From a virus (lineage: Duplodnaviria; Caudoviricetes), in IMG/VR virus record IMGVR_UViG_3300047275_000379, positions 1 through 24,945 of that record: DNA of 24,945 nt. One strand, 5' to 3'. The translations under genes and the position numbers were made by a program. The notes under the pieces are model-generated. The model made no database searches. It worked only from the letters and a program-made list of their open reading frames with translations, and was not told the DNA's origin. Of this stretch, positions 1 through 9,399 are shown in pieces (position 1 is the stretch's first letter; the number at the start of each line of letters is the position of its first letter).

Positions 1-529
1 GTTCAGGATTAAAATTCACGGTTCCAGATTCATGAGCGGTCGCCAGAGCCTTTAGAGATGCTTTCTCGTGCTCTGGTTTGGTTTGGATACTCAATCTGCT
101 GGTTGCGTCAATAATACGACTAATTGGAAATGCTGTGGTTCCAGTAGTTTTGTCAAGTTCATCACGACCTTGAAAATAAAAACCTTCTCCAGCAAGTGAT
201 TCATTAGGGAGGCGCACAGTTCCAGTAGCGGCTTCGTGGAATGCCCCTTTACGAGCATTAACCATACCTTCCATGGTTAATGGAATGCTTTTTACTTTTT
301 CAGCAGCAACCGCGTATCTAGCGCCCTTTTTACGCATTGCGGGGCTAGGGGACTTTAGAGCGCGTTCTGACTCTGCCTTCATGCGCTCAGGCATTTGTTC
401 GTTAACCTGGCTTACAAGAGCAACAGCATCGTCGGCTTCTTTTTTAGAACGAAAGTCTTTGTATTCCAAAACCCTATTAGATAAATCAAGTTTTGGGGCG
501 CTCTTCTTTTTCTTTTTTGAAGCCGCCAT
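1..529 (-). CDS. Hypothetical phage protein, 3'-truncated by the window edge (MAASKKKKKSAPKLDLSNR...)
   Basis: Not in the ORF track. ATG at 529 overlaps the upstream TGA (TGATG) and the frame stays open to position 1. Confidence 0.8.
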   Translation of the reverse strand, partial: MAASKKKKKSAPKLDLSNRVLEYKDFRSKKEADDAVALVSQVNEQMPERMKAESERALKSPSPAMRKKGARYAVAAEKVKSIPLTMEGMVNARKGAFHEAATGTVRLPNESLAGEGFYFQGRDELDKTTGTTAFPISRIIDATSRLSIQTKPEHEKASLKALATAHESGTVNFNPE

Positions 530-1026
530 CAGTCGTTCCCAACTAACCCGCGCTTGGGGGTCTCTCGGTTAGCCCTATTTTCAGACTTGTAGGAACGCCG
601 ACCAATGTTCTTATAGTCTTTCTTGGTAGCGGCCTTCTCTTCGTTAGTAATTTCTTCAGCCGCTGGGCGTGATTCTTTAAAACTCTGCTCTTTGAAATTC
701 GACATGGGGTCGTCAACAAACTCCCCTACGCCCTCCATACGCTTCTCAACACGCACCACACCCGTGTAGCCACGGTGTTGAGGAACAAGCGATGACCCAT
801 ACCCCACAGGGAGGGGGAGAGAGGGACGACCACCGTAGATACCGCCACGGAAGTGAACCGACCGCGACGGGTTATGGCTGTAGTTCTCAATGCCCCCACC
901 TGCGTAAACGGTGGAGATGGGCGCTCCAGCGGCAGTAGACAGCATTCGGGGGACGTATCCCCCGATCACTGCTTCACTCTGTCCGACTAGTTTAGCGCCA
1001 CCTGGGGTGCCGCTAACTTCGGGCAT
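529..1026 (-). CDS. Hypothetical protein, 165 aa, Gly-rich N-terminus and charged C-terminus
   Basis: ORF packed tightly between its neighbours on the coding strand. Confidence 0.75.
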   Translation of the reverse strand: MPEVSGTPGGAKLVGQSEAVIGGYVPRMLSTAAGAPISTVYAGGGIENYSHNPSRSVHFRGGIYGGRPSLPLPVGYGSSLVPQHRGYTGVVRVEKRMEGVGEFVDDPMSNFKEQSFKESRPAAEEITNEEKAATKKDYKNIGRRSYKSENRANRETPKRGLVGND

Positions 1027-1028
1027 GG

Positions 1029-1427
1029 TCAGTCGCTAACGACAGTTGGGTTCGGGCGGTTCATGTGAGCACCGCTGTTGTAAGCGTACTCAAACGAAGG
1101 CATTCCATCGCCCGACATTGAACCCTGCACGAAGTCCGACAACACGGTCGGAGCCTCAATCCACGAAGCCGACCCAACGTGCGCACGCTCGCGCATAGTG
1201 TCCATTGGGTGCTTGTAGAACATCTCAGGGTTGTTATGGTTCATGCGACCAGCAGACGAGGTGTCCATGTATGCACCCTGTGCAAAGTCGTGTGGCACGT
1301 CAGTGTCAGTGGCGACACCCTCCTCAAAGCGAAGGGGTCCCTTATTCCCAGGGATGCTGGGGGCAAACTGACGCTCAAAAGCAGTGGGCGACTTCTCAGG
1401 GAACATTGGTGCAGGTGCTACGTTCAC
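1029..1427 (-). CDS. Hypothetical protein downstream of the terminase (GPLRFEEGVATDTDVP motif), possibly virion-associated
   Basis: GTG start preceded by a strong SD (GGAGGA). Position next to terL. Confidence 0.8.
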   Translation of the reverse strand: MNVAPAPMFPEKSPTAFERQFAPSIPGNKGPLRFEEGVATDTDVPHDFAQGAYMDTSSAGRMNHNNPEMFYKHPMDTMRERAHVGSASWIEAPTVLSDFVQGSMSGDGMPSFEYAYNSGAHMNRPNPTVVSD

Positions 1428-1486
1428 AAAATCCTCCGTATAGGGGTGTGGTTACTTATTACAACTTTACACTAATTCAAGGACGG

Positions 1487-3043
1487 TTACCGAAAAAACG
1501 GGTTTTCTGCCACCATAACCTGGGGCATGGTGTCTTGAACGGTCATATGGCAGGCGATGGCTAGGCTGTCGGCGTAGTCGTCAAAAGCACCCTTTTCATC
1601 AGGAGCAGCCGCCAGCATGTACGGCCCTTTATACACTTTTTCAAGGTCTGACAACTGCTGGTTGAACCGCTTCCACAGGCGGTTTCGACGGGCTTTTGAG
1701 TGCCCAGGGAGGATCAATTGCTCACGTTGGATGAGTTCTGTCAAGTGGACCCAACGTTCATGCTGGGCCTTGGAATCCGAAGAAATTGCCAGAACTTCAA
1801 TATCTGGTAGCAATACCTGTAGGCGCTCGGCTACGGCTCCACCGACACCTTGAGCGTCCACCCCAATACGGAGAACGTCATAGTTCCTGATGAAGTCGAT
1901 GATCTGGAAATACTGGGATTCCCACTCTTCGTTATTTATTTCCAACCAGTTCAAGACACGGTGCTCATAGAACCCGAACGGATCTGGGTGGTCCCAGTCA
2001 ACCCAGACCACGGTCACTACGGTGGAGTCGTTGGCACGCGCCACGTCAATACCCACGACTACAGGGGTGCGCCACCATTGTTTGACAAGGTTCATGGACG
2101 GGTCATACATCCGTTCCATGCGCTCTTCAGTGACAAACATTCCCTTTTCCAGAATCCACTTATTGCAGTACGACATCTGGAATTCGTCGGAATCCTCACC
2201 AATACGAAGTTTCTCTTTGGAAATAAACTTTGCGTAGTTAGGGTTGTATTTAGACGCAGTACGATGATCGTACTCAAAATGGCATGGTCGGAGTTTCTTT
2301 CCGCTGACAGCACGCCGTTTGTTGTACTGGATCATTTTGTAGAAGTAGCACTTACTTCTCGTAGCCGTACCTGTCAAACAAATACTTCCGTTATTGAAGG
2401 CAAGCATTGGTTTGATTGACTTAGCAATCATGAACTCGTCTGCTTCCTGCGCCTCGTCAATCAGAATGAAGTGGTAGGTCTTTGACTCAATCTTGGCCTT
2501 GGGGTTACAAGTCTGCATACGGCAAAGTGACCCAGAATGCTTTAGGGTAATGATTCGACCACGACCACGAGTACCTCCTGACGTAGCCTTGTCGTCAATC
2601 TCTGGGTCAAGCAAAAACTCAAGGGCGTGGTCGCTAGTCAACTTACTGACAATACGCCCAAACACCGTTTCCGCTTGGTCTTCAACTGGGGCAAACACTC
2701 CGACCCAGAAGCCCTTCTCAAACTTACCAAGCCACGTCGGATAGACGGGGGCTAGTTTTGGAAGGATAACCATAAGTGCCGCGCACACGTTTGACAGCAC
2801 TTCTGACTTGCCAGACTGACGGGTAGCGACCACGGTTATTTCTTCGCCGTCACCAAGAATGATTGACTCAATAAGTCGGTAAGCGATGGGCACTTGGTAT
2901 GGGAAAAGAGTTACGTCGCAGAACTCTTCCATAAAGATAATTATTCGTTTGACTAGAGAGTCAATGAACTCAGCAGAGGTCTCATCAAGTTCCTCTACTG
3001 GCGTTTCTTCTATTGCTTCTAGTTGTTCTTCTTCTGTGAGCAC
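1487..3043 (-). CDS. terL: Terminase large subunit
   Basis: Walker A ATRQSGKS, Walker B FILIDEAQ, coupling motif LTGTA, RNase H-like nuclease motifs VVVGIDVA and DDYADS. Confidence 0.95.
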   Translation of the reverse strand: MLTEEEQLEAIEETPVEELDETSAEFIDSLVKRIIIFMEEFCDVTLFPYQVPIAYRLIESIILGDGEEITVVATRQSGKSEVLSNVCAALMVILPKLAPVYPTWLGKFEKGFWVGVFAPVEDQAETVFGRIVSKLTSDHALEFLLDPEIDDKATSGGTRGRGRIITLKHSGSLCRMQTCNPKAKIESKTYHFILIDEAQEADEFMIAKSIKPMLAFNNGSICLTGTATRSKCYFYKMIQYNKRRAVSGKKLRPCHFEYDHRTASKYNPNYAKFISKEKLRIGEDSDEFQMSYCNKWILEKGMFVTEERMERMYDPSMNLVKQWWRTPVVVGIDVARANDSTVVTVVWVDWDHPDPFGFYEHRVLNWLEINNEEWESQYFQIIDFIRNYDVLRIGVDAQGVGGAVAERLQVLLPDIEVLAISSDSKAQHERWVHLTELIQREQLILPGHSKARRNRLWKRFNQQLSDLEKVYKGPYMLAAAPDEKGAFDDYADSLAIACHMTVQDTMPQVMVAENPFFR

Positions 3044-3049
3044 ACAGTA

Positions 3050-3055
3050 ATCATA
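3050..3055 (-). promoter_or_regulatory. -10 box TATGAT, 6 nt before the terL GTG (leaderless promoter)
   Basis: TATGAT-TACTGT-GTG with no SD. Same geometry as many other genes in the window. Confidence 0.65.
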
Positions 3056-3057
3056 CT

Positions 3058-3143
3058 AAAAGATCAAGTGCGGGTACCAGGGGGAGGTGGGGAACCCTGG
3101 TACCCGCTATCGGCATGGTGGAAAGGAGGAAACACCATCCGAC
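3058..3143 (-). ncRNA. Candidate sRNA with two hairpins whose loops are anti-Shine-Dalgarno sequences
   Basis: Stems 3110-3120/3133-3142 (one bulge) and 3070-3082/3095-3107 (13 perfect bp). 12-nt loops UUUCCUCCUUUC and UUCCCCACCUCC. -10 TAGACT at 3150-3155 lies 6 nt upstream. Short U tract at the 3' end. Confidence 0.65.
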
Positions 3144-3147
3144 TAGA

Positions 3148-3366
3148 TCAGTCTACATCACGCCGTTCTAACTCATCCCAGATAGAGGCAATGATAGTGA
3201 GGGCTTCTGAAACTTCTTGTTTTGGCCCATTCCTGTAACGCCAACTATCGTAGGAAGCACCTAACCCCATAAGAGTAGTTTCCATCCATCCAGTTAACGC
3301 AGGAGTTTCCATCTTGGCTACGCGGCTGTCAGCCTTTGCCTTGGTGGTCTTGCTCCAAAACCTCAT
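3148..3366 (-). CDS. Hypothetical protein, about 72 aa (MRFWSKTTK...)
   Basis: TAATG coupling with the upstream gene favours the ATG at 3366. Confidence 0.75.
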   Translation of the reverse strand: MRFWSKTTKAKADSRVAKMETPALTGWMETTLMGLGASYDSWRYRNGPKQEVSEALTIIASIWDELERRDVD

Positions 3367-3749
3367 TACCATTCTCCAATTTCAGTTGCAGGGGTATCCA
3401 TGAACCTACCCTGTACTGCGGCGAGTACGCCAGAGAACTCGTCAAAGTTCTGTTGTTTCTTGCACAGCCCTATTTGGAAGGTACGTTTTGGTACACGGAT
3501 CTGGATTCCCTTTCCATGCCTCCAGGGGTGATCCGTCTCGTGCATAAACCCTTTTGTAATTATGGGGCTATTTTTGACAACAAGGTCCCGAGTAATCCAG
3601 TAAACAGGACCTACCGCTTGAAGTTTGTTTAGTGTGTCCTTAAATAAAAAGAAACTTGATACCACTAATACGGCGGTAGTCACCACCAAATAGAATGGGG
3701 ACAGCACAATACAAACAGGAGTTAGTAATAAAGAACTAACAAACCCCAC
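3366..3749 (-). CDS. Membrane protein with two N-terminal hydrophobic segments
   Basis: GTG at 3749 avoids the long overlap with the KTSC gene; start uncertain. Hydrophobic N-terminal 35 aa. Confidence 0.65.
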   Translation of the reverse strand: MGFVSSLLLTPVCIVLSPFYLVVTTAVLVVSSFFLFKDTLNKLQAVGPVYWITRDLVVKNSPIITKGFMHETDHPWRHGKGIQIRVPKRTFQIGLCKKQQNFDEFSGVLAAVQGRFMDTPATEIGEW

Positions 3750-3768
3750 TAGTGGGGAGTATTGAAGA

Positions 3769-4329
3769 CTAGTCCGTAGTCGGTGTGTAAGGGGTGAACG
3801 GTGCTGCGGGGTTGAATCGTTCTTTGCGTGGGTCAAAACGCGCTGGGCTGACTGCGTCAAAGACAGTATTGTTCTTGCCCAGCGATTCATAGGTGCCTCG
3901 TCCACGTCTTGTCCACTTGTCTATTTCCTGTCCTTTAGACGAACTGATTGTAAACGTTTTGTAATCAGAATACGGCATATTGTAGTAGGCATAAACAGCC
4001 CCGCTCGTGCCACGTTCATACACAGAGCCGTCTTTCTTTTCACGCAAGTTCTTGAACTGCACGTACGCAGTTCCAGTTTGTCCGCCCTCATCAAACACAA
4101 AACGATGTTTATGTACACGGGTGCTAACAAAGGGACCTTTGTAGTAGTTACTATCGTCAGGCCAGAGATCGGGGAGATTGTCAATGGTTGTTGGTTGAAC
4201 AACGTTGCCCAACTCGGTGACCGCACCTAAGTACGATCCCATCATTGAGTTCTCATCCCCGATCTCTTCCATGCGAGATTGGACGCTCTGACGACCCCTA
4301 GGGCCTATGCCACCTTTACGAGAAGCCAT
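3769..4329 (-). CDS. KTSC-like domain protein
   Basis: AYVQFK...GAVYAYYNMP...YKTF..SSSKG matches the KTSC pattern (V.F..G..Y.Y..VP...F..A.SKG). TAATG coupling. Confidence 0.7.
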   Translation of the reverse strand: MASRKGGIGPRGRQSVQSRMEEIGDENSMMGSYLGAVTELGNVVQPTTIDNLPDLWPDDSNYYKGPFVSTRVHKHRFVFDEGGQTGTAYVQFKNLREKKDGSVYERGTSGAVYAYYNMPYSDYKTFTISSSKGQEIDKWTRRGRGTYESLGKNNTVFDAVSPARFDPRKERFNPAAPFTPYTPTTD

Positions 4330-4844
4330 TACTTCTTAGCGTTGCAGGCTTTCCAAGCCTTGACAAACGCCTTCTCGTCGTCTGCCATAGCAGGCGACAG
4401 TTCCACGTGGAACCACCGACCGCCTTGCGAACCCGCATTGTCGTTGGCGTCATAAATCTTGACGCCCTTGTCGCCTTCGCCACGAGCACAGCGGTAGCCA
4501 CGGCCCCATCCAAGTTCCTTGTCCTTGGGGTCCTTGTCAAAGGCGTAGTCGTGAATCTCTTCGATGCCAAGCGCTTCGGTGTTGACGATGAGGAAATCCC
4601 AAAGTCCGATAGCGGTGTCACGATCCTTGTAGCCAAGGTCGCAAGCACGCCCAGTTGCGTGAACCGACAACCACTTCGGGTCATTAGGGTCAGCCTTCGG
4701 GTTGTTCATCTGGCGAACGCCGAAAGAACCAAGATTGGTCAATCCCCAACGGTTCTGGGCAATCTCCATGAACTTGACGAGGCCAGGACGGGCCTTGCCA
4801 ATCTTAGAGATTCCATCCTTATTGCCAGTGTACGGACGAGGCAT
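4329..4844 (-). CDS. Probable endolysin, Zn peptidase of the M15/Hedgehog-DD-peptidase fold
   Basis: SVHATGRACD (H-x6-D) plus distal WFHVE zinc ligand. SD AGGAG. Confidence 0.75.
   Translation of the reverse strand: MPRPYTGNKDGISKIGKARPGLVKFMEIAQNRWGLTNLGSFGVRQMNNPKADPNDPKWLSVHATGRACDLGYKDRDTAIGLWDFLIVNTEALGIEEIHDYAFDKDPKDKELGWGRGYRCARGEGDKGVKIYDANDNAGSQGGRWFHVELSPAMADDEKAFVKAWKACNAKK
4400..4413. promoter_or_regulatory. parS-like 14-bp palindrome GTTCCACGTGGAAC inside the lysin gene
   Basis: Identical to the core of the intergenic parS at 24247, but it encodes WFHVE and could be coincidental. Confidence 0.4.
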
Positions 4845-4874
4845 TGTTACTCCTATGAGGTTGAAGGGTTTCCC

Positions 4875-5015
4875 CTATTTTACCTCATCAGCAGCGGGGG
4901 CCTCTGGAGCCGCCGTCAACTGGTTGAGAGCGGCCTTCAATGCCACATTCTCAATGGTGAGGCGCTTAACCTCGTCCAAGAGACCGTTAATGACCTGATC
5001 TGGGGTAACTTCCAT
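4875..5015 (-). CDS. Small coiled-coil protein, 46 aa (MEVTPDQVINGLLDEVKRLTIENVALKAAL...)
   Basis: Below the ORF-track cutoff. Strong SD GAGGAG. Fills the gap between genes. Confidence 0.8.
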   Translation of the reverse strand: MEVTPDQVINGLLDEVKRLTIENVALKAALNQLTAAPEAPAADEVK

Positions 5016-5027
5016 GTTTTACTCCTC

Positions 5028-6701
5028 TTAGGGTGCGGAAAGGCGAGCAACTTCGCCCTCCAGGTATTCTACCTTGTTTGCTAATTCCTGTACAGCGGCT
5101 GTGAGTGGCCCAATAAATTGTAGATATTCAAGTTGCTGTGCAGACTCAGGGTCTTCTTTGTCTCCCAAACTCCACATTGTGTAGTCCCCAGGAGATTTAC
5201 CTTCATCTTCTAAGGCTTGTTTAACCTCTTGGGCGAGAAACCCAAAACGATAACGATTGCCATACTCCGTGGAAACAGATTCCGTGGAATAGGACGGTAA
5301 ATCAACGCCGTGTTCATCTGGTTCATATTTTAAGTGGTTTTCATAAATGTATTTGTATTTTACGGGACGCAGGCGTTTAATAAAATCAAGACCATTTTCA
5401 AGAGTTTCAACGCTGTGTTTGTGTCTTGCGTCGGAATAGTTTACGTACCCGTACGAGTACATAATGTTAAAGGAACCCTCAGCGCCGTACCACGCACCAA
5501 CCTGCCCCGTGTTGTTACCGTTGATAGGCAGATAGGAGTTTGTTTTCAAACCTCTACCCTGAAACAAATAAATCCACCCATTACTATTGTTATGGACGCC
5601 AACATGCTGGTTTCCCCAACCATTAGTTGTGTCCATCATCAGACTTAAGTTGCCCCCAGGAGCATCAAATTCAAGTCCTCGCCACGTATTGCGATTTCCG
5701 TCAATTCGCCAAGACCCGTATGAACCATTGTTGACATAGAAGTGGGCGCCGTTTGTTGGAGAATATAGACCCGTGTGGTTGTCAAATTGAATCCACTCGT
5801 TGCAATAGTTGCGTCCTGTAGTTGTCCAGTACGGAAAACTTAAACGTCCATCATTTGTAATGACACCAACGTCACTTCCACCCCGCCGAAAACGTGCAAC
5901 TTCAGCAGAATCAGGTCCTGCACCGATGTACCAACGGTTTGAATGGTACTCAAGTTTTCCCCAACTGTTGCTTGGGTTACCAGACCATGTACTTGTTGAA
6001 ATTTGATAGATACCAGTGCTATTTTGTTCTAGCGAAATAGACCCATATGCCTTAATTGCTCTATTAGCAGAGTAATAATTTAGATACATGTCTTTGTCAC
6101 TCTTCGGGTCAAGGTGAAGATTGCCGTCAGTTGACAAAACTTGTGCGTATGAATCGCTTGTGTCGGGGGCTGCACCAACAAGTAGGTAACCGCCCCAAGT
6201 GGTGTTTGGACCAAACAAGATGCGAGAGTTGTTACCAGCAGAATAGGTAGTTTGACCACCGTTAATAGTTAACGACGAAAACGTTGGACTAGCACCAGTA
6301 TGGATGTTCTGTGGAAGACTCAAAGTAACAGCGCCAGTAGAGGCGCTAACGGTCACTTGGTTAGCAGTACCAGTCAAACTCGTAACAGCCGTCGACAGTT
6401 TGCTGTTTAGTTGAGTTTGGAGCGCACTAGTAACTCCGTCCAAATAACCAAGTTCCGTAGGAGAGACGTTGCCAATAGTAGTGTTAGCGGGAAGACTGGC
6501 AGAAGTAGTAGCAGCCAAATAAGTAAAACTATTAGAAGCGCCAGAAGTCATGGTGCCCGAATAGTCGACCGCCATCAAAGTTGACCCGTTGTGGGCTTTT
6601 ACTTCCAAGAGGTTGGCAGTAGACCCAGCCACCTGCTGGAGAAGGAGGCCCTCATCTTTTACGTTGATATGGGGGGCGGAGTCAAAGCGTTTACGGGTCA
6701 T
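5028..6701 (-). CDS. Tail fibre/spike protein with C-terminal peptidase S74 intramolecular chaperone
   Basis: YSDARHKHSVETL..GLDFIKRLRPVKY...FGFLAQEV...LTAAVQEL coiled-coil end. G/N/W-rich beta body. Leaderless -10 TAAAAT at 6708-6713. Confidence 0.9.
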   Translation of the reverse strand: MTRKRFDSAPHINVKDEGLLLQQVAGSTANLLEVKAHNGSTLMAVDYSGTMTSGASNSFTYLAATTSASLPANTTIGNVSPTELGYLDGVTSALQTQLNSKLSTAVTSLTGTANQVTVSASTGAVTLSLPQNIHTGASPTFSSLTINGGQTTYSAGNNSRILFGPNTTWGGYLLVGAAPDTSDSYAQVLSTDGNLHLDPKSDKDMYLNYYSANRAIKAYGSISLEQNSTGIYQISTSTWSGNPSNSWGKLEYHSNRWYIGAGPDSAEVARFRRGGSDVGVITNDGRLSFPYWTTTGRNYCNEWIQFDNHTGLYSPTNGAHFYVNNGSYGSWRIDGNRNTWRGLEFDAPGGNLSLMMDTTNGWGNQHVGVHNNSNGWIYLFQGRGLKTNSYLPINGNNTGQVGAWYGAEGSFNIMYSYGYVNYSDARHKHSVETLENGLDFIKRLRPVKYKYIYENHLKYEPDEHGVDLPSYSTESVSTEYGNRYRFGFLAQEVKQALEDEGKSPGDYTMWSLGDKEDPESAQQLEYLQFIGPLTAAVQELANKVEYLEGEVARLSAP

Positions 6702-6710
6702 AGGGCTATT

Positions 6711-7253
6711 TTAGTTCAATCTGAAAACTTGTAATGCTGCTCTGAAAGACAGGGCGTATGCGCCACCGTCAGCGATCAATTCAAGATAAAACTCATTTAT
6801 ACCAGCATTAACCGTTATCTGTCTGCCATAGGAAGCCGAGCCAGCGCCACCGTTAAGGTACGTTGCGGCTGTCCAGTTGCCGTTACGCCCACTGAATGTG
6901 GTGGCCCCAGAGACGCTTGGGGCGATTTGAACGGTTTTCCCTGAAGAGTTAGCAGAGCAAACAAGATGGTAGGTCACAAATACAGATGTACCTGTTTCCA
7001 TAGTGACCTCGGGAAGAGGTCCGTATCTATACCAGTTATTTCCAACGTCGGCAGGGTTAACTGTTGTAACTCCGTCTTGCCATGCAGCCCCAGTTGTTGT
7101 TAAGACAATTTCGACCCACGTTGAGCCATTCCAAAACCTTGTTTTGTCAGTGTCTGTTTCGTAGATGTATTGCCCCTCGTACGGAGTCGTGGGGCGGGTT
7201 GTGCTGGTGCAGACCCCTGGTCTTAGTGCTGAAGCGGTATTAGAAATAGTCAT
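6711..7253 (-). CDS. Minor tail/receptor-binding protein, paralog of 7250-7801
   Basis: Shared N-terminal module PGVCTSxTRPxTPYEGQxIYETDTDK...WNGSxW with a divergent C-terminus. Confidence 0.8.
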   Translation of the reverse strand: MTISNTASALRPGVCTSTTRPTTPYEGQYIYETDTDKTRFWNGSTWVEIVLTTTGAAWQDGVTTVNPADVGNNWYRYGPLPEVTMETGTSVFVTYHLVCSANSSGKTVQIAPSVSGATTFSGRNGNWTAATYLNGGAGSASYGRQITVNAGINEFYLELIADGGAYALSFRAALQVFRLN

Positions 7254-7801
7254 GCTGGCCCCACATCAGTGATGATTAGTTGGTGAGGGTAAGAGGCAGA
7301 ACCATAAAGGTATATAAGCCCAGAACCGTCCCCGTTAACAGCAGTCTTAATTGAGTAACTACCCGACGCAGTAAAGTACAGATGGTTCATATACGAACCG
7401 TATTGCCCTCCCCCACAATGTTGTGTTTGCTCAGAGAGGCCAGTGTTAGAAGCGTCAAGAAATTTAGTTGTAACGTAACCCGTGGTGGCTCTATAAACAT
7501 AGGAGTTTGCTACTGCGTAATAAAGGCGTCCACTAATTGCTGTAAATGTGGCTGTTAAAACTACTTGATCCCCACCGTTTGGGGTCACAGTAAATGTGGC
7601 GTTTGTTCGTTGTTGCCGAGCAACAACCCCCCACGGCAAGTTCCAATTGGGGTACCATGCGGAACCATTCCATACTAAAACTTTGTCAGTATCGGTCTCG
7701 TATATAGTCTGCCCCTCATAAGGAGTGGCTGGCCTAGTAGAACTAGTACATACACCAGGTTGGCTGATCTTAGAGGAAGGAATGTAGTTACTCAGTGGCA
7801 T
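7250..7801 (-). CDS. Minor tail/receptor-binding protein, paralog of 6711-7253
   Basis: Same N-terminal module. ATGA overlap with the next gene. Confidence 0.8.
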   Translation of the reverse strand: MPLSNYIPSSKISQPGVCTSSTRPATPYEGQTIYETDTDKVLVWNGSAWYPNWNLPWGVVARQQRTNATFTVTPNGGDQVVLTATFTAISGRLYYAVANSYVYRATTGYVTTKFLDASNTGLSEQTQHCGGGQYGSYMNHLYFTASGSYSIKTAVNGDGSGLIYLYGSASYPHQLIITDVGPA

Positions 7802-7958
7802 CTGGACTCCACGGTTCGGGTGTATTGCCTTCGTTTAGCCACGCTAAGTATTGCTGATAATCGGAGTTATCCTCTGCCATTGGAATACTCATGCTGTCTG
7901 ACAGCCTAATGACAGAGTATGGTTGATTATCTTCTACAGAAAGCCTTATTGCGTACAT
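7788..7958 (-). CDS. Tail fibre assembly chaperone-like protein, 56 aa
   Basis: Not in the track. MYAIRL...IPMAEDNSDYQQYLAWLNEGNTPEPW matches the IP...N.DY..YL.W...GN.P pattern. TAATG coupling. Confidence 0.8.
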   Translation of the reverse strand: MYAIRLSVEDNQPYSVIRLSDSMSIPMAEDNSDYQQYLAWLNEGNTPEPWSPDATE

Positions 7959-9061
7959 TACAACTCCGAACTAAAACTAATAGAAGCACCACCAGGGACT
8001 CTAAGGTGGTATAGCGTTCCTGCAACAGTATTAGTAGTTGTACAGTCAGCCAAGAGCGTTGGACCTGATATAGCATTACCTTGGGTTGGGTAAACAGATA
8101 TGGCAGTGACGTTACCAACAAAGTTTAGAGCAAGCGAGTCAACCTGTGTCCCAGATGGCGTAATGCTGATGCTCCCACGCATTTGGACAGGAATCTGGAT
8201 AGTCCCAAATGCTCTTGTTGACGAAAATCCTGCAAGGTAACCAAAAGCACTTCCGTTACCGCTTGGAACAGAGTATCTATAAAAGTATCTCTGACAAAGT
8301 TCTAGTTCAACTTGATAAGGGCGTTGCTCAAACGGGGTCGGCTGATAGTTCTGTTCCAGTTGGATGCCCGTCAAATAGAACGTGGCACCTGTAGTTGCAG
8401 CGAGGTCAACAGTAGCAGCAGTTCCATAGGCGGCACTAGACCCCCATGCGTTAGCAGTTGCTGCTTGAAAATTCGTATCGACACCTAGAGAAAACCCAAT
8501 AAACACTCCACCAGAAGTAAAAGAATTATTTGTGTTCCCATTCCAAGTGCCAGTTGTACTGCCAGGGATTTGAATTGTTTTGTATTCCCAAGTGTTTGTA
8601 GCGTCTATTGTATAGGTTGCCACATACGCTTGTGTTTGATACCCATAATTTTGGAGGGACACACCATATACACCACTAATGCTTGAGCGAACCCAAAAAG
8701 AAAGAGTAACGGGTTTAGCGTTTGCTGTGCCCCAACACAGGTCTGTTAGATTACCTGCTTCAATGCTCTGCCCTAAAAGGCAGTAATTACCACCAGTTGA
8801 GTATGTTCCACCAGTTGTAACACTAACTGCAAGACTGGAAGAAAAGCCTGGAGGGACAACAGAAGTGGATTGGGAAAAAGTCACAGTTCCACTCGTTGTG
8901 TATGTCCACCAGCGGTCTAAGGTGTACTGAATTGTGCTAGTACCTGTGTACGAGGCGCCTCCACGTTGATTGATTCTAAAGTCACCATTAATCAACTTGT
9001 TGCGGAAGCCTAACCCAGCAGGCAACAAAGCCGACGAACCCAACGCAGCAGAAATAGGCAT
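7958..9061 (-). CDS. Tail fibre protein with carbohydrate-binding-like beta-sandwich
   Basis: RNKLINGDFRINQRG...YTLDRW...VTLSFWV...GIQLE...PTPFEQRP..VELELCQRYF pattern of phage fibre proteins. Confidence 0.85.
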   Translation of the reverse strand: MPISAALGSSALLPAGLGFRNKLINGDFRINQRGGASYTGTSTIQYTLDRWWTYTTSGTVTFSQSTSVVPPGFSSSLAVSVTTGGTYSTGGNYCLLGQSIEAGNLTDLCWGTANAKPVTLSFWVRSSISGVYGVSLQNYGYQTQAYVATYTIDATNTWEYKTIQIPGSTTGTWNGNTNNSFTSGGVFIGFSLGVDTNFQAATANAWGSSAAYGTAATVDLAATTGATFYLTGIQLEQNYQPTPFEQRPYQVELELCQRYFYRYSVPSGNGSAFGYLAGFSSTRAFGTIQIPVQMRGSISITPSGTQVDSLALNFVGNVTAISVYPTQGNAISGPTLLADCTTTNTVAGTLYHLRVPGGASISFSSEL

Positions 9062-9399
9062 TACGAGACCTGCTTGACCCAGCCGTTAACTACGATGTTA
9101 ATGCCAGCACGATCTGCGTACCCATACAATTGCTCACCAGCAGACATGACTATACCAGTGTCAAAAACTAAAGTATCACTGGCTGCGATTGGAAGGGTCG
9201 ACATGATGCGGTTGGAAGCAGTAGCCGCCGTGCCAATAGCCAAGTAAACAACACCTTCAACACCAGAAGTGTTACAAAGAGTAATTTGCTTAATTACCCA
9301 AGAATACCCAGCAGACACTGAAGCGCCAACAGCGGCATTAGACGTAGTAAAGGCTACGGGGCCAACAAGCCTAGATTCTGACCGATCTCCGACCGCCAT
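9061..9399 (-). CDS. Small beta-rich virion protein
   Basis: IKQITLCNTS...VYLAI...LVFDTGIVMSAGEQL pattern. Lies within the tail module. Confidence 0.75.
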   Translation of the reverse strand: MAVGDRSESRLVGPVAFTTSNAAVGASVSAGYSWVIKQITLCNTSGVEGVVYLAIGTAATASNRIMSTLPIAASDTLVFDTGIVMSAGEQLYGYADRAGINIVVNGWVKQVS

